From NCBI GenBank assembly GCA_964470405.1, contig CAYYCV010000012.1, forward strand, positions 1 through 24,000: 24,000 nucleotides of DNA, in the 5' to 3' direction. Below are positions 16,978-24,000 of this stretch, one piece after another; the stretch's first letter is position 1, and each line of letters starts with the position of its first letter. The position numbers and the translations under genes are program-made. Source of the stretch: an uncultured Bacillales bacterium. GTDB taxonomy: Bacteria > Bacillota > Bacilli > Paenibacillales > CAYYCV01. The notes beneath the pieces are model-generated. The model did no database searches, was not told the DNA's origin, and saw only the letters and a program-made list of their open reading frames with translations.

Positions 16978-17667
16978 TCAGGAGTAATACGGAACGATAG
17001 CCACAAAAGTGACAAAAGCGATTAACCCGATCGCCATGGACCACGCGCCCAACGCGCGATATCCGCGAACAAAAGCGATCAAGCCAAGCACCGCCGCTGC
17101 GGGGCCGAGCACAATCGGCCACATGAACAGCGAGGCGACAGCGACGGCCAGCGCGAGCCATCCCAGCGTGTTCGAAGGCTGATCGGCCCGCACATGAGGC
17201 TTCTCATAATTCGGAACCGCCGCCACTTCTGCGGCATATTCCTCGTTGGCGTTCGCCACTTCTGCGGCATATTCCTCGGCCGCTTCCGACGCCTCCGACG
17301 CGGACCCTTCGCGGCCGTTCGCCACTTCGGCGGCATATTCCTCAGCCGCTTCCGGTGCCTCCGACGCAGACCCTTCGCGGCCGCCCGCCGCTTCTGCGGC
17401 ATACTCCTCGGCCGCTTCCGCCGACGCCGACGCAGACCCTTCGCAGCCGTTCGCCACTTCGGCGGCATACTCCTCCGCCGCTTCCGGCACCGCCGACGCA
17501 GACCCACCGCGGGCGTCCGCCGCTTCTGCGGCATACTCACCGTCCGCCTTCACCGCTTCGGCGGCGAATTCCTCGTCGGCGTCCGCCGCTTCAAGCGGAC
17601 GGAAGCCGGAATCGCCGCCGACGGGAAATGCGTTTACGCGAAAGGGCGACTGGTCGGGATGCATCAT
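16978..17667 (-). CDS. acidic Ala/Glu-rich tandem-repeat protein with a C-terminal two-helix membrane anchor (DUF4190-like)
   Basis: The track ORF begins at 17733. ATG-ATG at 17667 (MMHPDQSPF) avoids overlap with the DUF1540 gene (stop at 17685). Repeats of about 22 aa (EAAEEYAAEVANGREGSASEAS) are followed by WLALAVAVASLFMWPIVLGPAAAVLGLIAFV...AIGLIAFVTFVAIV. Confidence 0.6.
   Translation of the reverse strand: MMHPDQSPFRVNAFPVGGDSGFRPLEAADADEEFAAEAVKADGEYAAEAADARGGSASAVPEAAEEYAAEVANGCEGSASASAEAAEEYAAEAAGGREGSASEAPEAAEEYAAEVANGREGSASEASEAAEEYAAEVANANEEYAAEVAAVPNYEKPHVRADQPSNTLGWLALAVAVASLFMWPIVLGPAAAVLGLIAFVRGYRALGAWSMAIGLIAFVTFVAIVPYYS
17221..17590. repeat. intragenic 66-bp tandem repeat (4 full units plus degenerate flanking units)
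   Basis: Full units at 17254-17319, 17320-17385, 17386-17451 and 17452-17517. Each begins CGCC(A/G)CTTC(T/G)GCGGCATA(T/C)TCCTC. A half-unit lies at 17221-17253, with decaying copies out to about 17590. Confidence 0.85.
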
Positions 17668-17684
17668 CGTCCGCCGCCGCTTTC

Positions 17685-17933
17685 TCACTTGAACGCAGCC
17701 CCGCTCTCTTTTTGCTTGAAGGTGTGGCAGCAAGTGCTGGATTTGGTTTGGGCCGCATCCTGATGCTCCGAGTCGAAGCTTTCACCGGAGAATTCTTCCT
17801 GAAACTTCATGTTGGCATGCTTGTCGATTTCGATCATAATGACATCCGCCTGACAGTTGTTGTCTTGTCCCCAGTACGCACAATTGGAGACGCTGCATTT
17901 GACATCCGGCATGTTCATCACCCCCATACCCAT
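17685..17933 (-). CDS. DUF1540-domain small Cys-containing protein
   Basis: Signature VKCSVSNCAYWGQDNNCQADVIMI. Several in-frame ATGs exist; ATG 17912 (MPDVKC...) has the best-spaced GGGGGTG. Stop lies 17 nt before the next gene. Confidence 0.7.
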   Translation of the reverse strand: MGMGVMNMPDVKCSVSNCAYWGQDNNCQADVIMIEIDKHANMKFQEEFSGESFDSEHQDAAQTKSSTCCHTFKQKESGAAFK

Positions 17934-17965
17934 TGTCCCCGTCAGGAAAAGCTTCTATTCCACAC

Positions 17966-17994
17966 AAAAAAAGGAGGCCGCTTTTCGCGTCTCC
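17966..17994 (-). terminator. intrinsic terminator after the YpuI-like gene
   Basis: Minus strand: GGAGACGCGAAAAGCGGCCTCC followed by TTTTTTT. Confidence 0.6.
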
Positions 17995-18010
17995 CCGTTT
18001 CGCCCGTATG

Positions 18011-18511
18011 TCAAACTTTTTGGCCTTGCAATCTGCGCTGATCGGCATACTCCACTTCATAATAAGCCAAATTCTCGCGCAGTTCTTCATATATTTTGGA
18101 AAGATCCATCGTGATGTCACGCACAGCCCGGTTCGGTTTTTTGCGGAAACGAATAGCATCCTGTCCGGTATAGGCGTACCTTCCATCCTCCGAGTAGCAT
18201 TCGTTCTGCGGATAGAAAAAACGGTTGACGCATTGATGATACACTTCGTAAAGAATCTTCTCCGCCTGCTCCTCGTTGAAATGGGGCCTTCTCAAAGCGA
18301 CGCCCAACCGCTCGTATGCCACTTCCGAAAAAACCAGCAGATGACGCAAGTCGGTCAGAAAACCGCGATAAAACGACTCCGTGTCCGCATCTTTCTCGGA
18401 TCCCAATTCCTTTAACGAATGAAAATTGAGAAATAATTCCGCTTTCGCGATCGCTTCTTTCAATTTGGCTCTTGTCGTTTCAGCCAACTCTTTCACCTGC
18501 TGCGCAGTCAA
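18011..18511 (-). CDS. YpuI-like protein (DUF3907)
   Basis: TTG start 8 nt after GAGGAGG. Blocks YHQCVNRFFYPQNE...YAYTGQDAIRFRKKP...LAYYEVEY match my recollection of B. subtilis YpuI; not verified. Confidence 0.65.
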   Translation of the reverse strand: MTAQQVKELAETTRAKLKEAIAKAELFLNFHSLKELGSEKDADTESFYRGFLTDLRHLLVFSEVAYERLGVALRRPHFNEEQAEKILYEVYHQCVNRFFYPQNECYSEDGRYAYTGQDAIRFRKKPNRAVRDITMDLSKIYEELRENLAYYEVEYADQRRLQGQKV

Positions 18512-18688
18512 AATAATGACCTCCTCTTAAATTGTCAAAAATCTTTCCAAAAGGAATGATCCACTACATTATAAATGGTACGATAACGGTTGCGCAATAG
18601 CAACCTGAATGTAACTATTTTGGATCAAGTTTATGGCCATGCCTGCCGTATAAACCCTCCTTCAATGATGAACTCTACACTTAAAAGT

Positions 18689-18756
18689 GCGGTGAAAAAG
18701 CGGTGCGGGGCTTGGGCCTGGACGAGCGAAACGCCGGCGATCGCCTTTGTCCCCGG
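18689..18756 (+). repeat. copy B of the ~70-nt intergenic repeat family, in the 5' region of the S8 protease gene
   Basis: GCGGTGAAAAAGCGGTGCGGGGCTTGGGCCTGGACGAGCGAAACGCCGGCGATCGCCTTTGTCCCCGG aligns with 7582-7514 on the minus strand. Confidence 0.7.
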
Positions 18757-18827
18757 ATTTCTCCCCCCCCAAACACCGCCAAATTACGAAATCGACGGAC
18801 CACGGCAATCGGAAACCTGGACCTGAA

Positions 18828-18857
18828 TGCGGCACCTTGCGGCACCTTGCGGCCCCC
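18828..18857 (+). repeat. three tandem 10-nt units (TGCGGCACCT x2, then TGCGGCCCCC)
   Basis: Read directly from the sequence. Ends 20 nt before the AAGGAGG RBS of the protease gene. Confidence 0.65.
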
Positions 18858-18890
18858 CTGGTTGCACCATACTTTTAAGGAGGAAATCAA

Positions 18891-20786
18891 ATGAAACCCA
18901 TCGCCATCTCCCTCGCGTTGATCGCCATCGCGTTCATTATGATATTGCCGCACGACCGGTCCGCCCCCGCCCCTTTTTCTCACGTGCACAGCGCGGATGG
19001 ACAAATTGCGGATGGGCAAAGCGCGGGGAAAGAGACCGTCCGTCAGGCGGCCGTCCACCGGATTTGGGAACACGATATTGAAAAAACGGACGATTTATGC
19101 CGCACGCAATGCACGGCGGATTTCAAACGATCGTTAAGCCACTTGAAGGCCGGCATGCCAAAAAGGGACGCGCAGCGCATCCTCGGTCATTTAAGGCGGA
19201 GCCACCCTCAAATGGAGCAGCTTCTATGGTCCGACCTCGCTTTGCCCCAAGCTCAGGCGGCGGTCTCCGGCAAAGCGCCCGAAAACAGCGAGCCGATGAT
19301 TCGCTCCTACTACAAGGCGGCCGGACAAAGCGCAGATCGGGGGGACATTTACCAATCCCCTCCGATTCGAATCGGGCAATCGGCCTACTTTGTGCTGGGC
19401 GTGCCTTCTTCCGATCAATCCCATGCGCTCATCGGCCTGATTCACCAGGAAATTCTGGACGACGTCGCCGCGCACCAAAAGCGAAATTTGCGAATGGTGC
19501 CCTACCCCGGCGAAGGCCGTTTCAACATGAAATCGGTCGATTCCGAAACGGGCCGGGACATCCGGGTGAACGACGGGGAAGACAATAGCCGGGCCAGCCA
19601 CTACCACCGTCAACAGGTCGTCGTCAAATTTAAACGTATGCCCACGCCCGCCCAACTGGACGCAATGAAAAAGGAGCTCGGCTCATCGATCCCGAAACGG
19701 CTGGACCATACCTTCGTATTCGATTCCGATCGTTTAACCACCGAACAACTGATGCAATACTTTAAACACCGCGACATTGAATACGTGGAACCCCATTATT
19801 ACTATATGACCAACGTTTCGACCAACGCCGCGCCCGCGCCCGTTACCGCGCCCAATGACGCGCTGTACGCCAAGTATCAATGGAACTTGCCGATCATGGG
19901 CACGGAGTTGGGCTGGGAACTGTCCCGTGGCAGCGCGAACGTGCAGGTCGCCGTGGTGGACACGGGCGTGGACTTCAACCACCCGGATTTGCAAGGCCAC
20001 CTGCTCGACGGAATCAACGTCATTGATCAATCGTCCGCTCCGCGGGACGATGTCGGACACGGCACCCACGTCGCCGGGATCATCGCCGCGCTGGTCGACA
20101 ACGCGGAAGGCGTGGCGGGGATCACGTGGTACAACCCGATCTTGCCCGTCAAGGTGCTCGACGAAACCGGCGCGGGGAATACGTACTCGGTGGCGCAGGG
20201 CATCATCTGGGCGACCGATCATGGGGCCAGAGTGATCAACATGAGCCTGGGCAACTACGCGGACGCGCAATTTTTGCATGACGCGATCAAGTACGCCTTT
20301 GACCGGGACGTGGTGATCGTCGCCGCCAGCGGCAACGACAATACGGAGCGCCCCGGCTTTCCCGCGGCCTATCCCGAAGTGTTCGCCGTGGCGGCCATGG
20401 ACGGAAACCGCGCCAAAGCCTCTTTTTCAAACTACGGCGATTACATCGATGCGGCCGCGCCCGGCGTCAACATTGCCAGCACATACCTCCAAGGCCAGTA
20501 CGCCGCGATGTCGGGCACGTCGATGGCCAGCCCGCACGCAGCCGCGTTGGCCGCGCTGATTCGCTCGATCAACCCCCAACTGACCAACACGGAAGTCATG
20601 GACATTATGCGCCAAACGGCGATCGACCTCGGCCCCAAAGGAAAAGACCCTTATTTCGGCTACGGGCAAATCGATGTCGCCGCCGCCTTGCAAAGGGCCA
20701 ATCCGGTCAGAGCGTCCAATCAAAATCAAAAAAAAATCCCGGCCAAAAGCTGGCTGGATTGGATTCAACGTCTGCTGCATTCCTGA
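18891..20786 (+). CDS. membrane-anchored S8 (subtilisin-family) serine peptidase with a long N-terminal extension and an I9-like propeptide
   Basis: AAGGAGG 7 nt upstream. N-terminal TM helix. Catalytic triad motifs VAVVDTGVDFNHPDL (Asp), HGTHVAGIIAA (His), SGTSMASPHAAALAAL (Ser). Propeptide-like segment QQVVVKFKRMPTPAQLDAMKKELG...IEYVEPHYY. Confidence 0.9.
   Translation: MKPIAISLALIAIAFIMILPHDRSAPAPFSHVHSADGQIADGQSAGKETVRQAAVHRIWEHDIEKTDDLCRTQCTADFKRSLSHLKAGMPKRDAQRILGHLRRSHPQMEQLLWSDLALPQAQAAVSGKAPENSEPMIRSYYKAAGQSADRGDIYQSPPIRIGQSAYFVLGVPSSDQSHALIGLIHQEILDDVAAHQKRNLRMVPYPGEGRFNMKSVDSETGRDIRVNDGEDNSRASHYHRQQVVVKFKRMPTPAQLDAMKKELGSSIPKRLDHTFVFDSDRLTTEQLMQYFKHRDIEYVEPHYYYMTNVSTNAAPAPVTAPNDALYAKYQWNLPIMGTELGWELSRGSANVQVAVVDTGVDFNHPDLQGHLLDGINVIDQSSAPRDDVGHGTHVAGIIAALVDNAEGVAGITWYNPILPVKVLDETGAGNTYSVAQGIIWATDHGARVINMSLGNYADAQFLHDAIKYAFDRDVVIVAASGNDNTERPGFPAAYPEVFAVAAMDGNRAKASFSNYGDYIDAAAPGVNIASTYLQGQYAAMSGTSMASPHAAALAALIRSINPQLTNTEVMDIMRQTAIDLGPKGKDPYFGYGQIDVAAALQRANPVRASNQNQKKIPAKSWLDWIQRLLHS
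20728..20759 (-). terminator. intrinsic terminator for the rnpB transcript, embedded in the 3' end of the convergent protease CDS
   Basis: Minus strand: ATCCAGCC-AGCTTTT-GGCCGGGAT (one A/C mismatch) followed by T9 (the A9 run at 20728-20736 on +). Confidence 0.55.
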
Positions 20787-20791
20787 ATATG

Positions 20792-21388
20792 TATTCGGAA
20801 AGTTTGCCATAAGCCGGGTTCTGTTCTTCCGGTGGTGCAAACGGATGAAACACCCTCCCACCATTGAAGCGACAATCATCTGTCTAGGCCGCACATTGCT
20901 GTGCGGCTCAAGCGACCAACCCGAACGCGCCTCGGGCAAAGGCTGCGGCATTCGGCCAAGCCGAACGCCCGCCGCGTTCCTCTTCGGTCTTGCTTCGGAT
21001 GGGGTTTACCAGGAACGATGTCGCCAGCGTTCCTCGTGGTCTCTTACACCACGGTTCCACCCTTGCCTGTGCGCTCGGAGGCTAGAGGATGGAAGCCGGA
21101 GAACGGGGAGAGCCGAAGCCTCTCCCTTCCCCTCCAACTTCCAATCTCTAACCTCCGGACGCCATCGGCGGTCCATTTCTGTGGCACTATCCTTCAACTC
21201 GCGCTGACTGGACGTTATCCAGCATCCCGCCCTGCGAAGCCCGGACTTTCCTCCCGCGAACCGGAGGTCGGACCCGGCCGGAAGCGGGAAGCAAAACGGT
21301 TCGGGAATTTCTCCCCGCCGTCCCGCTCCCCGCTTCCGGCATATCCGCCTCCGGCACGCCGGCGATTGTCCTGCAAACTTTCCGACAT
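20792..21388 (-). ncRNA. rnpB: RNase P RNA, class A architecture, helix-expanded (~600 nt)
   Basis: The minus strand carries GAGGAAAGTCCGGGCTTCGCAGG, ACCGCCGATGGCG, GGTGTAAGAGACCAC, GGTAAACCCCATCCGAAGCAAGACC, GCTTGAGCC..GGCCTAGACAGATGATTGTC and ACAGAACCCGGCTTAT, in the canonical order. A 13-bp P1 is formed by 21385-21373 and 20807-20795. P2 is GACAATC/GATTGTC. Confidence 0.9.
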
Positions 21389-21395
21389 ACCTGCT

Positions 21396-21425
21396 AGTAT
21401 AACAGACACCACACCGAAATTCCAA
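21396..21425 (-). promoter_or_regulatory. sigma-A-type promoter of rnpB
   Basis: Minus strand: TTGGAA (21425-21420), 18 nt, TATACT (21401-21396). The predicted start falls 3-5 nt before the P1 helix. Confidence 0.6.
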
Positions 21426-21451
21426 TCCAAAAATGCACCATGCGAGGGCAA

Positions 21452-22567
21452 TTATCCAAATCGAAACGGCTCCGTATCGACCCGCGAAGCCAGCACCCTC
21501 GTCCCCGCATAAGCGTCCCGAAGCTTCTCCGTCAAATAGTCGGTCACGCCCCGCTTCATGATTTTCTCGATGTTGTGCCCCGGATCGACGACGGCCAGCC
21601 CCGCCTGCGCCGCATCGAGCGCCGTATGGTAATCCACGTCCCCGGTCAAATACACATCGGCTCCGGCAAACAGCGCCCGGCGCATGAAATGGCTGCCCGA
21701 TCCGCCGAGCAGCGCCACCTTGCGCACCGGCCTGTCCTCCTCGCCGACATAGCGCACCATCGGCACGTCGAACGCCGCCTTCACCCGCTCGACGAATTCC
21801 TTCAAGGATACCGCATCGGGAAGCAGGCCCACGCGCCCCAGCCCGAAGCTCCTGCCCTTCAGGTCAAGCGGGTAAAGGTCGTAAGCCACCTCCTCGTAAG
21901 GATGGGCCCGCAGCATGGCCTGGATCACACTTCGCTGGACGCTCTGCGGAACGACGGTTTCCAGCCGGATCTCCTTCACCCGCTCCAGCTTGCCCTGGCT
22001 GCCGATGAACGGTCGGCTGCCTTCCTGCGGCAGGAAAGTGCCCGTTCCTTCCAGGTTGAAGCTGCAATGGCTGTAATCGCCGATCCATCCTGCCCCCGCG
22101 GCGAAAATAGCCTGCTGCACGTTTGGATGGTGGCTTTCGGGAACGAACACGACCAGCTTGTTCAGCTTGTCCGTATGGATCTCTTCCAGGCAAGTCCGCT
22201 GCTGCAAATTCAGCCGGTCGGCCATCATGTCGTTGATGCCGCCCTCGGCCGCGTCCAGATTCGTATGGGCGATATATACGGCGATATCGTGCTTGATCAG
22301 CTTTTCCAGCACCCGCCCCTGCGGCTCGTCGGTGCGGACATTTTTCAACGGGCGATAAATCAGGGCGTGGTGGGCGATAATCAAATCCGCTTGTTCCCGG
22401 ATCGCTTCCTCCGCCACTTCGTCCGTGATATCCAGCGCGACCAGAATGTTCCGGATGTCCTTTTGCAGCGTCCCCAACTGCAGTCCGATCCGATCGTCGG
22501 GAATCGCATAATGCTTGGGGGCCCACTGTTCAAACAGTTGAATTACCGTCTGTCCTTTTGCAAACAT
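21452..22567 (-). CDS. Nif3-like dinuclear metal-centre protein (YqfO / GTP cyclohydrolase 1 type 2 homologue)
   Basis: Start reassigned to ATG 22567 (MFAKGQTVIQLFEQWAP), preceded by GGGAGG. Blocks DRIGLQLG, IIAHHALIYRPL, IAVYIAHTNLD and the C-terminal GGSGSHF..A...GADVYLTGDV.YH. About 371 aa, matching YqfO in size. Confidence 0.9.
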   Translation of the reverse strand: MFAKGQTVIQLFEQWAPKHYAIPDDRIGLQLGTLQKDIRNILVALDITDEVAEEAIREQADLIIAHHALIYRPLKNVRTDEPQGRVLEKLIKHDIAVYIAHTNLDAAEGGINDMMADRLNLQQRTCLEEIHTDKLNKLVVFVPESHHPNVQQAIFAAGAGWIGDYSHCSFNLEGTGTFLPQEGSRPFIGSQGKLERVKEIRLETVVPQSVQRSVIQAMLRAHPYEEVAYDLYPLDLKGRSFGLGRVGLLPDAVSLKEFVERVKAAFDVPMVRYVGEEDRPVRKVALLGGSGSHFMRRALFAGADVYLTGDVDYHTALDAAQAGLAVVDPGHNIEKIMKRGVTDYLTEKLRDAYAGTRVLASRVDTEPFRFG

Positions 22568-23304
22568 TTCAATACCTCCCTTATTTCGCCCAGCTCGCGA
22601 ATCAGTTCGATCCTTCTTTGCCGCGAAGCGGGCAAGGCGGAGCGCTCCAACTGCGCCGCGGTCCGTTCCATTCTGGCGGTTTCCGCCTCCCATTTGGCGA
22701 TAAAAACCGGCTGAGGCCGATGCAGCAAATACGGGCCCAACTGAAACAGGCGATCGGCAGACACCTGAAGCCCGCCGCACAAACGGACGGCGTCAAACAG
22801 CAGCCGGTTCCTGCTTCGCGCGTCCGGCGCCGACTCCGCCTCCAGAATCTCATAAATTTTTCCGTCTTCCTCCAGAATCGATTCGTTCGCCAGAAACCAA
22901 TCGTTTTCCACGATCCAGCGGCGCACCCGCTCTTCACCGATATTCGGCTGCAAAATCATTTTCCGCACGCCGTCCAGCTTGGCCCGTCCGGCCGTGAGAA
23001 TGTCCACGATCGTCCCGCCGCCCATTCCGGCGATCACAATCACGTCGGTTTCCGCGGGGCGGACCACCTCCAGGCCGTCGCCGAAGCGGGCCTCGATCCG
23101 GGCCTCCAGCCCGTATTGTTCGATCTGCCGCTTCGCCGACTCATACGGCCCGGCATGGACCTCTCCGGCCACCGCCCGTTCGATTTGGCCGCGCAAGGCC
23201 AAATACACCGGAAGCAGCGCGTGGTCGGACCCGATGTCCGCCAATCGGCTTCCCGCCGGAACTTTATCCGCTATCGATTCCAGCCGCTCTGAAATTTTAA
23301 TCAT
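22543..23304 (-). CDS. trmK: tRNA (adenine22-N1)-methyltransferase TrmK
   Basis: N-terminus MIKISERLESIADKVPAGSRLADIGSDHALLPVYL (TrmK signature DIGSDHA.LP) and VIAGMGG. Overlaps the nif3 start by 25 nt. Synteny sigA-trmK-nif3 as in B. subtilis (sigA-yqfN-yqfO). Confidence 0.9.
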   Translation of the reverse strand: MIKISERLESIADKVPAGSRLADIGSDHALLPVYLALRGQIERAVAGEVHAGPYESAKRQIEQYGLEARIEARFGDGLEVVRPAETDVIVIAGMGGGTIVDILTAGRAKLDGVRKMILQPNIGEERVRRWIVENDWFLANESILEEDGKIYEILEAESAPDARSRNRLLFDAVRLCGGLQVSADRLFQLGPYLLHRPQPVFIAKWEAETARMERTAAQLERSALPASRQRRIELIRELGEIREVLKCLQKDRR

Positions 23305-23386
23305 CCAACCGGAACCCCCAGGCGATTTGCATTGCTTTTCGAAAAGAGTTAAAATCAGTATAAGTTAACAAATTTTCTTATTTGTT

Positions 23387-23422
23387 AAAAAACCGGACCT
23401 TGCTGCAAGCAGTAAGGTCCGG
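23387..23422 (-). terminator. intrinsic terminator after sigA
   Basis: Minus strand: CCGGACCTTACTGCTTGCAGCAAGGTCCGG followed by TTTTTT, 12 nt after the sigA stop. Confidence 0.8.
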
Positions 23423-23433
23423 AACGAAACCGA

Positions 23434-24000
<567 letters not shown>

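Noticed and set aside
16453-17161. Minus-strand ORFs of 124, 167 and 95 aa in the hairpin-rich region
   Set aside because: Arg/Gly/Ala-rich translations of GC-rich palindromes. No RBS, and they overlap one another in different frames.
17194-18041. Plus-strand ORFs of 148-228 aa across the 66-bp repeat
   Set aside because: They are open only because of repeat periodicity and GC content. They give Arg/Pro or Ser/Ala low-complexity strings, and they run antisense to the frame that ends in a plausible membrane anchor and follows the DUF1540 gene.
20674-21512. ORFs of 139-203 aa on both strands between the protease and nif3 genes
   Set aside because: They overlie the RNase P RNA. Their openness reflects the GC-rich structured RNA, and the translations are Pro/Arg/Ser-rich nonsense.
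21440-22714. 424-aa plus-strand ORF
   Set aside because: Antisense to the Nif3-like gene. No motifs.
22568-22780. 71-codon N-terminal extension of the Nif3 ORF
   Set aside because: It overlaps the trmK 3' end. Nif3 homology and a strong GGGAGG RBS begin at ATG 22567.

Overview
GC-rich chromosomal window with the gene content and synteny of an endospore-forming Bacillales genome. It looks Paenibacillaceae-like: a yla-type cluster (ylaK, ylaJ, ylaH, typA) and sigA-trmK-nif3. This placement is inferred from gene order only. I support about 22 protein genes, mostly housekeeping. On the minus strand: a COG1565-type SAM methyltransferase, an orphan ABC solute-binding protein, PIN-PhoH ATPase YlaK, an LCP transferase, a small hypothetical protein, YlaH, TypA/BipA, a small multi-pass membrane protein, TerC, ThiI, a NifZ-like cysteine desulfurase, a tandem-repeat membrane protein, a DUF1540 protein, a YpuI-like protein, Nif3, TrmK and partial SigA. 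On the plus strand: a small membrane protein, a lipoprotein, a secreted coiled-coil protein, lipoprotein YlaJ, pterin carbinolamine dehydratase and an S8 subtilase. Many long ORFs in the six-frame track are antisense shadows typical of GC-rich DNA. One RNA gene is hidden under spurious ORFs: rnpB (RNase P RNA) on the minus strand at about 20792-21388. It has class-A architecture and is unusually long (~600 nt) because of expanded helices. I found no CRISPR array, IS element, prophage or recognisable defence island. The unusual signals are mainly non-coding. (1) The oversized RNase P RNA. (2) A ~70-nt intergenic sequence present in two good copies (7514-7582 minus, 18689-18756 plus) and one possible diverged copy. 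(3) A 25-nt tandem array filling the desulfurase-thiI spacer. (4) A ~1.3-kb ORF-free, repeat- and hairpin-rich region upstream of the desulfurase gene. (5) An in-frame TAA splitting an otherwise intact LCP gene. (6) A 66-bp (22-aa) tandem-repeat acidic membrane protein. All functional calls come from motif recognition by eye; no database search was run.
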